NCBI GenBank assembly: GCA_000008085.1
Contig: AE017199.1
Location: 60,001 to 92,000 of the forward strand
Direction: 5' to 3'
Source of the DNA: Nanoarchaeum equitans Kin4-M
GTDB taxonomy: Archaea > Nanobdellota > Nanobdellia > Nanobdellales > Nanoarchaeaceae
Length of the DNA: 32,000 nucleotides
Of the stretch, positions 20,052 through 28,886 are shown piece by piece (positions within the stretch are counted from its first letter, which is position 1; each line of letters begins with the position of its first letter). A program made the position numbers and the translations under genes. A model generated the notes under the pieces. It saw only the letters and a program-made list of their open reading frames with translations. It was not told the DNA's origin and did not search any database.

Positions 20052-21528
20052 TGATTTCTTAGATATAGAGTATAGCGAGCAATATCCCCAAAAGATATCT
20101 GAAATAGAGTGGGCATTCCCTTCAAAGAAAAAATATGACGAGTTTTTGGGGGAATTATTATTTAATATCCAATTAATGGATTTAAAATTATCAAAAAAAC
20201 TTAGAGAGGAATATTTTGCCACTCCCTATAGTCCAATATCGAAAATGTTTGGCCAAACTGTAAGTGGGTTATTCCAAAATGTTTCCAATTTGGGTAAACT
20301 AATTAACGATCTAACTAGGGCAATAATAAGTCATATACAAGAATTGTATGGTATTAGAGAGAAATTGGACATAATAAAAGATGCCTGTGCGGATGAGAAC
20401 TGTGAAAAACTAAAATTTTTCATAACAAAAGATATGGAAAAAGAATTCAAAAAAATTGAAGAAAAATATGGAGAAATAGTTTCAGAAAGAATGATTAATC
20501 CTGCAGTATTGTATTTGAAAAGCCTATGGTTAAACAATTCTGAATATGGGCAAAGAATAAAAGCTTTAACTAATATAGCGCCGAGCATAATAGATTATTT
20601 TAACGCTATAGAGAATGAAGAGGAGGCTTACAAATTGCCAACTAATGAAAGAATAAAAAGAATCGTAGCGAGTGCAATAAAGCATTTTAGAAAATGGCTT
20701 ATACAATATAACAAACTATTGAAAGCTAGATACCAAATGCAAAAAGCTTATTTGAAAATGCAGTTAGCTTATTTATATACTTATCTAAGGATACTTCAAC
20801 CATATCTAAGAGCTTTGTATGCTTTTAACCAAAAATATGTTTCCCCTACAGAACCGTTAATTAATTTTACAAACAAAATGGTTTGGGAATTAGAATTTCT
20901 TATAGAAATAGACAAAAAAGGCAAATTTATCGCTTGTTTATGGGTTAAGGTAAAGCTATCTGGTTCGGGTAATGAGTTAAATTTGTTACAAAACCCCTCT
21001 GTAAATATATTAGTCCAAACTTTGGTTTTGAGTGAAGATGATTACAAAGAATTAGACAGAAAAATAAACCAAGATATAATAATGGCATTTCAACAATTGT
21101 TAAATATGTCTTTAGATCAATTCAAAGAGTTAATAATATATATATTCGAAGACGAAATTGATAATAATACTATTCCAGGGTTAGAGTGGTTAATAACTAA
21201 AGAAGACATAGAAAAGTATAAAAACAAAAACAAAAAAGAGGAGAAAAAAGAAGAAAAAAAGGAAGAGAAGAAAGAGGAAAAAGAAGAGAAGAAAAAGAAA
21301 TGGTGCAATTTGCCAATATTGGATGCTTTGTGTGGGTTATATTTGGCTTTCAAACCATTGTTTTCCCTATTGCCTAAAAAACCAGAGAAAAAAGAGGAAA
21401 AGAAAGAAGAAGAAAAAGATGATAAAAAAGACTGGGAAGAAGCTAAAAATAAAGCTATAGAAAAAACTAACGACTTGTTCAAAACTATAGCCAAAATAGC
21501 AGAATTGCCATTAAAAGATGCTTTATAA
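20035..21528 (+). CDS. Hypothetical helical protein (497 aa) with two Lys/Glu repeat tracts flanking a hydrophobic segment
   Basis: 17-nt overlap with the upstream ORF. Heptad-like 'KARYQMQKAYLKMQLAYLYTYLRILQPYLRALYAF'. C-terminal 'KKEEKKEEKKEEKKEEKEEKKKK - WCNLPILDALCGLYLAFKPLFSLLP - KKPEKKEEKKEEEKDDKKD'. Confidence 0.55.
   Translation: MRFQINDFLDIEYSEQYPQKISEIEWAFPSKKKYDEFLGELLFNIQLMDLKLSKKLREEYFATPYSPISKMFGQTVSGLFQNVSNLGKLINDLTRAIISHIQELYGIREKLDIIKDACADENCEKLKFFITKDMEKEFKKIEEKYGEIVSERMINPAVLYLKSLWLNNSEYGQRIKALTNIAPSIIDYFNAIENEEEAYKLPTNERIKRIVASAIKHFRKWLIQYNKLLKARYQMQKAYLKMQLAYLYTYLRILQPYLRALYAFNQKYVSPTEPLINFTNKMVWELEFLIEIDKKGKFIACLWVKVKLSGSGNELNLLQNPSVNILVQTLVLSEDDYKELDRKINQDIIMAFQQLLNMSLDQFKELIIYIFEDEIDNNTIPGLEWLITKEDIEKYKNKNKKEEKKEEKKEEKKEEKEEKKKKWCNLPILDALCGLYLAFKPLFSLLPKKPEKKEEKKEEEKDDKKDWEEAKNKAIEKTNDLFKTIAKIAELPLKDAL
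21232..21300 (+). repeat. 69-nt uninterrupted homopurine (A/G only) tract encoding the (E/K)n repeat; a second 36-nt tract lies at 21384-21419
   Basis: Read directly: every base from 21232 to 21300 is a or g. Confidence 0.9.
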
Positions 21529-21535
21529 AAATTGA

Positions 21536-22555
21536 ATGGGTGTAAACTTAAAAGAGATAGTAGATCCTGTAAAAAAGGAAATAGAGTTTAAGCAATTGTT
21601 TGGAAAAGTTATAGCCATTGATGCTTTCAATGCTTTATACCAATTTTTATTTTCTATTAGACAAGATGGAGAACCTTTGAGAGATAGCAAAGGCAGGATA
21701 ACCTCCCATCTATCTGGTTTGTTCTATAGAACTATAAATTTGTTAGAATATGGTATAAAACCAATCTATGTTTTTGATGGCACCCCCCCAAAATTTAAAA
21801 TTGTTGCATGGGAAAAAAGAAAAAAACATAAGGAACAATTAGAAAGCAAATACAAAGAAGCGTTGAAAAAAGGTAATATACAAGAAGCAATAAAATATGC
21901 AAAAAGCTTGGGCAAACTAGATAGTTATATGGTTGAAGAAGCCAAAAAATTGTTGGAAGCGATGGGTATACCCTATGTGCAAGCCCCTAGCGAAGGGGAA
22001 GCAGAAGCTGCTTATTTAACTAAAAAGGGTGTTTCTGATTATTGTGGTAGCCAAGATTATGACTCTCTATTGTTTGGTTCTCCAAGGGTTGTTAGGAATA
22101 TAACTATTAGCGAAAAAAGAAAATTGCCAGGCAAAAATATTTATGTGGAAGTAAAACCAGAGGTAATAGAGTTAGAAGCAGTATTAAATTATTGGAAGAT
22201 AACTAGAGAACAATTAATAGCTATTGCCATGCTTTTAGGAACAGATTATAATGAAAAAGTCCCTGGCATAGGGCCAAAAACAGCAATAGAAATAGTAAAA
22301 AGGTTCGGCGATCCAATAAAAGTTATAGAATACTATAAAATACCCAATGGAAAGGAAATATTCGAGTTTTTCCTTAACCCCCCGGTCATAGATTTTGAAC
22401 CTAAATGGGGAAAACCAAACAAAGAGCTAATATTTAAAATTTTGGTAGAAGAGCATGACTTTAACCCAGAAAGAGTAGAGAGAGCAATCGAAAGATTAGA
22501 AAAAGCTCTTAATAAGATAAATCAAAAAACTTTATTTAGCTTTTTTGGTAGTTAG
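21536..22555 (+). CDS. fen: Flap endonuclease FEN-1
   Basis: 'MGVNLKEIV...IAIDAFNALYQFL...GRITSHLSGLFYRTINLLEYGIKPIYVFDG', an acidic active-site cluster, and H3TH 'GTDYN...VPGIGPKTA'. Confidence 0.95.
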   Translation: MGVNLKEIVDPVKKEIEFKQLFGKVIAIDAFNALYQFLFSIRQDGEPLRDSKGRITSHLSGLFYRTINLLEYGIKPIYVFDGTPPKFKIVAWEKRKKHKEQLESKYKEALKKGNIQEAIKYAKSLGKLDSYMVEEAKKLLEAMGIPYVQAPSEGEAEAAYLTKKGVSDYCGSQDYDSLLFGSPRVVRNITISEKRKLPGKNIYVEVKPEVIELEAVLNYWKITREQLIAIAMLLGTDYNEKVPGIGPKTAIEIVKRFGDPIKVIEYYKIPNGKEIFEFFLNPPVIDFEPKWGKPNKELIFKILVEEHDFNPERVERAIERLEKALNKINQKTLFSFFGS

Positions 22556-24323
22556 ACAAAATTTTTATTATTTCTTCTTTTCCTAAAGCGATTATTAGGC
22601 TAGCAATTTTTGGCCCTTGTTCTTTGTTTATTAACATTTTATATAGCTTGGGGTAAAACTTTTTCGGATCTGTGTGCTCTTTTATTATATTGTGGATTGA
22701 TGTTTGTATCTCTTCCATATCATAATGCTTCATTTTTTCCAAATATTCAATAATTTTTTCCAATGCTTGCAATTCGTTTTTGTCTAAAGGTATAGTAATT
22801 CTCTCATAATTTGGTTTAATTTTTACTCTTTCTGGGCCATAGGTTATAGCCCAATATGTTGCTTTCCTTAGCCTTTCCAAATTATAATCCTTTAATGGAA
22901 TATTAATCCTATCAAAAGCTCTTTTTATCCTTTCTAGTACTTCTTCTTCAAATTTTATTGGTAAATGGGTATTAATTAGATATTCCTTAGGCAAAACTAT
23001 TTGTCCTATGATTGCTGCAGTGCTATATTCTATTTTCTTAGGAATCTCTTTTGGAATAGATCCTTTAGTTAAATAATAAACAATAATTTCTTCATTTTCA
23101 ATTTTGTTTTCACCAGACAAATGTAATAAAACTTTCTTTTCCAATTCATCATATTCTTTAACTAAAGAAGGAATATTCTCCATCTTTATATCTCTATGTG
23201 TTGTGGGTCTTTTAGTATATAAATACAAAACTACCTCTTTTTCCATAATTTTCAAGAACTCTGTTAAATTGTATATATTACCTTTGGAACCGGACATTTT
23301 TTTACCATCAACAGTAAAAAATTCGTATACTACCGGTATTGGTGGCTCTATATTGAATACTTCTTTTGCTATTTTAGGACTAATTTTCCAAGAAGACACA
23401 TAATGGTCTTTTCCCATTGGTTCTACATCTGTATCAAAATAAGCCCAATCCATTGCCCATTCCACATACCAATCTAGTTTACCATTTCTAATAGTGGTTT
23501 TTCCTTTATACCCACAGCCTTGTATTGTTTTTTTCTTTAGATGCCTTGATTCACATATATATTCTACTTCTTTCGTTTTAGGATTATAGTTTATAACATG
23601 TGTGCTACCGATTCTATTGCAGTTCTCACATATTACAGAGAATGGATATTCTCTTACATGCTCTTTATGCTCTCTAAGAATTTCATTTATTTTATCTTTA
23701 TTTTCTAAAGCTTTTTTTACTAAATTCTCCCATAAACCCGTATTATATAATATGGAAGGCGAGTAATATTCGAATCTTATATTATCTATTATTCCTAGCA
23801 ATTCGAACTCTTTAAAGTAAATAGAAATAAAATGCTCGCTCCAAGAGGAATGGCATTTGAATGGGTCTGGTATTCTTGCCACAGGAAAACCATCATATTT
23901 TTGTTCGTATTCATGTTTTTCTTTAAAATCAACGATATTTCCATATTTGTCCGCTATTTTCGATGGAAATCCTCTCATTGGATCTCTATCGTCAGAAGTA
24001 AATACTAACCTAACATTATATCCTAAAATGTCTATTACTTTAGCTATAAAATATGCTCTAATGACATCGTTAGCATTACCTATATGTAAAACCCCTGTTG
24101 GGGTATTAGCACATCTAACAGTAATCAAATCTTTATTCTTCTTCTTTGCTCTTTCTATTGCTTCTAAAGCAATTTTTACTGCCCAGAAATCGCTATCTTT
24201 TAGTTTTTCCCTTATATACTCTTCTATAGTTAATAACTTCCCATTATAATACACTTTGTTTTGTCTTTCTAACCCCAGTTCTTTCAATTTTTCATCTTTT
24301 GCTAATGGCAAGTACAGCTCCAC
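22536..24323 (-). CDS. lysK: Class I lysyl-tRNA synthetase (GTG start)
   Basis: 'TPTGVLHIGN' (HIGH-type), 'SDDRDPMR', 'PDPFKCHSSWSEHF', 'EPMGKDH', 'GKKMSGSKGN' (KMSKS) and C-terminal 'EQGPKIASLIIALG' are all class I LysRS hallmarks. The 3' end overlaps the convergent fen by 20 nt. Confidence 0.93.
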   Translation of the reverse strand: MELYLPLAKDEKLKELGLERQNKVYYNGKLLTIEEYIREKLKDSDFWAVKIALEAIERAKKKNKDLITVRCANTPTGVLHIGNANDVIRAYFIAKVIDILGYNVRLVFTSDDRDPMRGFPSKIADKYGNIVDFKEKHEYEQKYDGFPVARIPDPFKCHSSWSEHFISIYFKEFELLGIIDNIRFEYYSPSILYNTGLWENLVKKALENKDKINEILREHKEHVREYPFSVICENCNRIGSTHVINYNPKTKEVEYICESRHLKKKTIQGCGYKGKTTIRNGKLDWYVEWAMDWAYFDTDVEPMGKDHYVSSWKISPKIAKEVFNIEPPIPVVYEFFTVDGKKMSGSKGNIYNLTEFLKIMEKEVVLYLYTKRPTTHRDIKMENIPSLVKEYDELEKKVLLHLSGENKIENEEIIVYYLTKGSIPKEIPKKIEYSTAAIIGQIVLPKEYLINTHLPIKFEEEVLERIKRAFDRINIPLKDYNLERLRKATYWAITYGPERVKIKPNYERITIPLDKNELQALEKIIEYLEKMKHYDMEEIQTSIHNIIKEHTDPKKFYPKLYKMLINKEQGPKIASLIIALGKEEIIKILSNYQKS

Positions 24324-25018
24324 TATATGAGCAATTCCAAATTTTTAAATTTTTTATATTTTGAAACAAAAGCTTTTATAAAATCTTTGGGTAAATCCGA
24401 TAAAGTATTCCTATAACTGCTTAGACCTAGCTTTTTTATGGTCTGTTCATATTTATTAATATGATCCTTCAATAAAGCAATCGCTGTTTGTTCATCTATT
24501 TTATTATCACGCAAATATTGGATAGTTATATAAATATAACCGAATTCTTTTCCCAAATTCATTAGTATGTCTTCGTTTAGGCTGTTGTTTGCAGGTATTT
24601 GGCCTAACAATACTATATAGGAATAGAACTCGCTCTTTTTATCTATCGATTCTAAAGGTTTGCCTTTAATTAATAGTTCTTCGCCTTCCAAATAATATTT
24701 TAAAGCATCTATTATTCTATCTGGAATCCTTGCTAAATTAATAGTTTTTAATAAAATATATTTACTAGCTAAATCCTCCAAAGCATCGTTTTTTAATTTT
24801 AAGGACACATCTAATAGTTCTCCAACAAAAGAGTATATTAGAGCTTCGTCATCGTCAACATCGAACATTTTGGCTATCGCATATATTAGTGTGGCAATAT
24901 AGAAATCATTGGAAACAACCAAATAATACAAAATATCTTTATCGCCGAACAACTCTTTAGCCATATCTACGAATTTTTGTTTGTGCTTCCTATAGAATTG
25001 TAAAAAATATCCCATCAC
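24323..25018 (-). CDS. Hypothetical all-helical protein (231 aa)
   Basis: Unopposed ORF wedged between the flippase (2-nt gap) and lysK (1-nt TAGTG overlap). No convincing motif. Confidence 0.5.
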   Translation of the reverse strand: MMGYFLQFYRKHKQKFVDMAKELFGDKDILYYLVVSNDFYIATLIYAIAKMFDVDDDEALIYSFVGELLDVSLKLKNDALEDLASKYILLKTINLARIPDRIIDALKYYLEGEELLIKGKPLESIDKKSEFYSYIVLLGQIPANNSLNEDILMNLGKEFGYIYITIQYLRDNKIDEQTAIALLKDHINKYEQTIKKLGLSSYRNTLSDLPKDFIKAFVSKYKKFKNLELLI

Positions 25019-25020
25019 TT

Positions 25021-26202
25021 CTATTTTAGTTTTTCTTTATAAATTTTCTTTAGCTTTGCTTTAATTTGTGGGAACACATAGAATAAATAAGAGAAAAGCC
25101 CAAACAATATTGCTGAAGCATAAGATAATATAGTGGCAATTATAGCACCTTTGATTGAATATTTTGGTATCAAAATCAAATCGAAGAATATATTAACTAT
25201 TAGTGAAATCCATAAAGCTATAGCGCTTAAATGGGGGAATCCTTTATATTCGAACAAAACATTTATATAGGATAGGCTATCCAAAAACACAATTGGCAAA
25301 GCTATTAAAGTTAAATCATAAACTATTTCGTATTGTTTTCCCAACAATAAAACTATAACTTTTTTGCCCAGCAAAATAAAAGCTATAGCAAAAATAATGG
25401 CTATTAAAGAATGGTAAAATATTGTTTTTCCCAATAGCTTTAGAGAATCTTTCCAGTTTAAATCCCTAATAGCTGGAGCTAAAACGTTTCTAGCATTGAA
25501 TATATTTAATAAAGCCTCTATTGTTTGTGAGACCAATTTGTATATACCAGCATCTTTAAGAGAAAGCAAAAAACCCACAATCATCGTATCTGTTATATAA
25601 TAGGTGTTTTTGGCCAAATTTATTAAATTATAACTAATTAAATGGTATAGCTCACTTTTTGTTAGATTTTTCACAGTAATTTTCGGTTTAATATAGATAA
25701 ACAATGCCGATGCTATTAGAAAATCTGTTATTACCCAGTCTAAAAATATGTTTCGAGAAAAAAGAGAGATAATTAACTTTAAAATAGCATCCAATAGCAT
25801 AGATATAGAATATAAATCATATTGGTAGTTGGCTATAAGATTAGCTCTCAAAGTCATAATAAAAGCTAGGAATATACTATCCAATACTAGCAATAAATAT
25901 ATTATTGGATCCGAAATTAAAGATTGTAAAAAATAGTACAAACCTAAGAAAATAGGCAAAAAAATTATTATTCCTGCTAAAATTATACCATAGTATTTAG
26001 TATCTTTGTATTTGATTATTTGTTGGGCTGTCCCAAGGTTTATTAATAAAGCATAAGTCATAGTAAGGCTTGTAAATATTACGAACAAACCAAAACTATT
26101 TGAATCTAGCCTTCTCGCTAATATTATTGTTATTGCGGAATAAATTAAAGTGCTAATTAAAGTGCCGAGCTTTTCGTTAATAAGATTATTGAGAATTTTC
26201 AA
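25021..26202 (-). CDS. Polytopic membrane protein, Wzx/MOP-type oligosaccharide flippase-like
   Basis: About 10-12 hydrophobic helices. The N-terminal 'LGTLISTLIYSAITIILARRLDSNSFGLFVIFTSL' is typical of polysaccharide-biosynthesis/flippase proteins. Confidence 0.55.
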   Translation of the reverse strand: MKILNNLINEKLGTLISTLIYSAITIILARRLDSNSFGLFVIFTSLTMTYALLINLGTAQQIIKYKDTKYYGIILAGIIIFLPIFLGLYYFLQSLISDPIIYLLLVLDSIFLAFIMTLRANLIANYQYDLYSISMLLDAILKLIISLFSRNIFLDWVITDFLIASALFIYIKPKITVKNLTKSELYHLISYNLINLAKNTYYITDTMIVGFLLSLKDAGIYKLVSQTIEALLNIFNARNVLAPAIRDLNWKDSLKLLGKTIFYHSLIAIIFAIAFILLGKKVIVLLLGKQYEIVYDLTLIALPIVFLDSLSYINVLFEYKGFPHLSAIALWISLIVNIFFDLILIPKYSIKGAIIATILSYASAILFGLFSYLFYVFPQIKAKLKKIYKEKLK

Positions 26203-27040
26203 TTTTATCTTTTATTTCGTCATATAATAGTTTAGCAGCATTTTCTGCTCTAATTAAAATTTGGTCTATAACTTCTTTAGAAGGTATGCCCAATTCTATG
26301 GCTAAACCAATAGAACTTCTATGGGCTTTAATTAATAGTTCGTCAATTATTTCTTTAGTAGGTATAGCTAATTCTATAGCTAAACCTCTAGCTTTTATAT
26401 AAGCGTCTTTCAATTGCTCTATATATAGATCTAATGGAGTATTCAATATTTGTTTGTCATAGAATACTTCATCTTTAGCGGCTATAAGAGTTACTTGCCT
26501 TTCTATTGGTTTTATACCCAAAGTTTGTAAAACATTGGCAACTTTTGGACTTACTATTTCCCCTTCTTTTACAACTACAGCGTCTTCTACAATCTCTATT
26601 TTACCACTAGTGACTTTGGTTTTAACTCCCAATGCCCTAAGCTCTGTTTGTATTGGACCCACAGGTATATTGGTTATACCCTTTGGAATAACTATATCTT
26701 TTGGAGCAATTTCCCCTGCTTTTATCGGGACATTAACTTTATGTTCCATGAATATTTTTGCTATTTTGAATATGTTCTCGTTTGTGCTTAATAATAAAGC
26801 TGTTACCTCTTTTTCTTTTTCCAATTCGTTAGCCAAATCTTCGTAACCAGTCTCTTTCAATGCTCTAATTATTAACCTTTTTTTAGAAACTCTCATATTA
26901 GCTAGGTTTCTAACTTCTTTTCTAATTCTTTGTAAATCTCTCGTAGGGATCCCCCTAATATTAGCAATTGCTACAGTTTTACCTTTTTTTATAATATCTT
27001 TTAACCTATTAACCTCTTCAACCTTAGAAGGATTTACCAT
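26186..27040 (-). CDS. rplP0: Ribosomal stalk protein uL10 (P0), short form without an acidic C-terminal tail
   Basis: 'KVEEVNRLKDIIKKGKTVAIANIRGIPTRDLQRIRKEVR...MRVSKKRLIIRAL' is a canonical P0 N-domain. A 26-aa tandem repeat GLAIELAIPTKEIIDELLIKAH / GLAIELGIPSKEVIDQILIRAE lies at nt 26243-26386. The protein ends ...KDKIENSQ. Confidence 0.9.
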   Translation of the reverse strand: MVNPSKVEEVNRLKDIIKKGKTVAIANIRGIPTRDLQRIRKEVRNLANMRVSKKRLIIRALKETGYEDLANELEKEKEVTALLLSTNENIFKIAKIFMEHKVNVPIKAGEIAPKDIVIPKGITNIPVGPIQTELRALGVKTKVTSGKIEIVEDAVVVKEGEIVSPKVANVLQTLGIKPIERQVTLIAAKDEVFYDKQILNTPLDLYIEQLKDAYIKARGLAIELAIPTKEIIDELLIKAHRSSIGLAIELGIPSKEVIDQILIRAENAAKLLYDEIKDKIENSQ

Positions 27041-27068
27041 TGAGGTCTTACACAGAATATTTTAAAAA

Positions 27069-27470
27069 TTAGACTATAATTCTAGCAATTTTTGCGAGAT
27101 CTGGCCACCTCTCTGCAACTTCTTTAGCTATTGGAGTTTTTATTATTGTTCCTTTTGGAGTTCCATAGTCGTCTTTTAATAACGCTACAGCGTTATCCTC
27201 AAACTTAATTCTTGTTCCATCTCTTCTACGCCACTCTTTTTTCATTCTAACTACTACTGCTTTGAATATTTGCCCTATCATATCTGGTTTTCCATCTCTT
27301 ACAGATACAATAACTAAATCAGCAATACCTGCTTTAGCGAGTCTTCTTTTTCTGCCTTTGTAACCTTTTACTGCAATAAGCTTTACAACTTTTGCTCCAG
27401 AGTTATCTGCCACATTTAAATAAGCACCAACAGGTAAAGCTCTTACTATTGAAGCACTTATTGGTTTCAT
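27069..27470 (-). CDS. rpl14: Ribosomal protein uL14 (L14)
   Basis: 'LNVADNSGAKVVKLIAVKGYKGRKRRLAKAGIADLVIVSVRDGKP' is a canonical L14. Confidence 0.95.
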   Translation of the reverse strand: MKPISASIVRALPVGAYLNVADNSGAKVVKLIAVKGYKGRKRRLAKAGIADLVIVSVRDGKPDMIGQIFKAVVVRMKKEWRRRDGTRIKFEDNAVALLKDDYGTPKGTIIKTPIAKEVAERWPDLAKIARIIV

Positions 27471-27497
27471 TCATAAACGATGTTATAGAATTTAAAT

Positions 27498-27764
27498 ATG
27501 AGAAAGTGGGTTACCCTATTTGCTGGGAGTTTCGCTTTATGGTTGGGCTATTATATTATAATAGGAGAACCTAAAGCAATAAAGGAAACATCGAAACCTT
27601 CTATCAATAAACCAAAACCTATAATAGTGAAAGAAACTAAAAAAGAAACTAAAACAGAACAACCCAAAAAAGAAGAGATAATCATAAAAGATAGAGATGA
27701 TGCTTTTATATATTGGTTGTTACTCTCTTTAAATGCTAGCAATAATAAAGGAAACAATAGCTAG
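27498..27764 (+). CDS. Small N-terminally anchored protein with a Lys/Glu/Pro-rich linker (88 aa)
   Basis: 'WVTLFAGSFALWLGYYIIIG' TM helix followed by 'KPSINKPKPIIVKETKKETKTEQPKKEE'. Overlaps the next ORF by 32 nt in another frame. Confidence 0.4.
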   Translation: MRKWVTLFAGSFALWLGYYIIIGEPKAIKETSKPSINKPKPIIVKETKKETKTEQPKKEEIIIKDRDDAFIYWLLLSLNASNNKGNNS

Positions 27765-28353
27765 CTCTTTAGCTGTAATTGATAAATTGGTTTTACCCTT
27801 TCCTTTAATTTTATGGTATCTGTCTGTATTTTTGTTTATTAATTTGTTCTTTTATGGTTTATTGATTTTTCTTTCAAAGAAAAAATCCATAGATATAGAA
27901 ATTAAAGAATGCAATTGGTTTTTCTATAGTGTATTCTTTGCTATTATGTCTAAGTTGCATTTGCCGTTATATTGTATAAAAGTTCCAAAAACTAAAGAAA
28001 TAGCAAGAATATATTTGTTTGTTATATCTATTATTGGTTTGTTCGCTGTCAACGATATTCTAAAAGAGTATATAATATTTTTCATTGTTAGTAGGTTAAT
28101 TCCTTGGCAAATATTACATTTTTACTTTTATTCTATAATAGAGAAAGATCCTGAAAAAATATTAAAGAAAAAGTTTGAACCTTTAACGGATGGCGATTAT
28201 ATAATACAATATTTATTTGAAAAAGACATCTATCTCCCTATTGGTTTGATAATAATAGAATTTTTCTTAGACTTGCCATATAAAATTGCTATCCCTTCCC
28301 TAATACTAATATTTTGGTCTCTCTATGATAAAATCCTTAAATTTTTTATATAA
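27733..28353 (+). CDS. Polytopic membrane protein (206 aa), unknown function
   Basis: Five or six hydrophobic helices. The 3' end overlaps the convergent uL5 gene by 8 nt. Confidence 0.5.
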   Translation: MLAIIKETIASSLAVIDKLVLPFPLILWYLSVFLFINLFFYGLLIFLSKKKSIDIEIKECNWFFYSVFFAIMSKLHLPLYCIKVPKTKEIARIYLFVISIIGLFAVNDILKEYIIFFIVSRLIPWQILHFYFYSIIEKDPEKILKKKFEPLTDGDYIIQYLFEKDIYLPIGLIIIEFFLDLPYKIAIPSLILIFWSLYDKILKFFI

Positions 28354-28855
28354 TTTGTACTCCCAACTCTTCTTGTGCCCATTTAATAATTTCTTCTTTA
28401 TTTAACCTATGCCTACTACCAACTTTGCTTCTTTTTATTCTTCTCCTTTCAACTCTATAGCCAGGCCTTTCTAATGTTACATATGCTTCTAATCCTATTA
28501 AACCTAACTCTGGATCATATTTCATTCCTGGAATCATTATATATTCGGGGATACCAAAACCAAACCCCCTATCTGTAAAAGAAGAAGCTTTTATTTTGAA
28601 ATCTACTGCGGGTAATAGTTTTTCTTTTAATATTTTGTAAGCTTTTTCCCCTCTTAATGTTACTTTTACACCTATGGGCAAACCAGGTCTAATATGCCAT
28701 TGTTCTACCCTAACTTTTGCTTTTGTTTTTACTGGTTTTTGGCCTGTAAGTCTTTTTAACAATTCATAAGCTTTATCTAATTTTTCCCCACTTTCTCCAA
28801 CCCCAATGTTAAGAGTAACTTTTTCAATCCTAATTTTTCTCATAGGGTGTTCCAT
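28346..28855 (-). CDS. rpl5: Ribosomal protein uL5 (L5)
   Basis: 'MRKIRIEKVTLNIGVGESGEKL...GQKPVKTKAK...GFGFGIPEYI' is a canonical L5. Confidence 0.95.
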   Translation of the reverse strand: MEHPMRKIRIEKVTLNIGVGESGEKLDKAYELLKRLTGQKPVKTKAKVRVEQWHIRPGLPIGVKVTLRGEKAYKILKEKLLPAVDFKIKASSFTDRGFGFGIPEYIMIPGMKYDPELGLIGLEAYVTLERPGYRVERRRIKRSKVGSRHRLNKEEIIKWAQEELGVQII

Positions 28856-28886
28856 AGCAATAGCGAAGAAAGTTATTTAAAAATAA

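Noticed and set aside
21117-21494. 125-aa minus-strand ORF (S/F-rich)
   Set aside because: It is the complement of the homopurine KE-repeat tract, so it is open only because polypyrimidine lacks stop codons.
23104-24249. Plus-strand ORFs 23104-23403 and 23857-24249
   Set aside because: They are antisense to class I LysRS, whose motifs span the whole region.
24323-25018. Possible degenerate polyprenyl diphosphate synthase (DVDDDE and LGKEFGY...LRDN reminiscent of the Asp-rich motifs)
   Set aside because: Motif spacing and flanking residues do not fit the DDxxD / GxAFQxxDD signatures, and the protein is about 100 aa too short. Left as hypothetical.
27498-28353. ORFs 27498-27764 and 27733-28353 as one frameshifted pseudogene
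   Set aside because: The 32-nt overlap in different frames is within the range of other overlaps in this window. Each ORF has its own start and coherent TM architecture. A frameshift cannot be proved without homologs, so I kept them as two genes at modest confidence.
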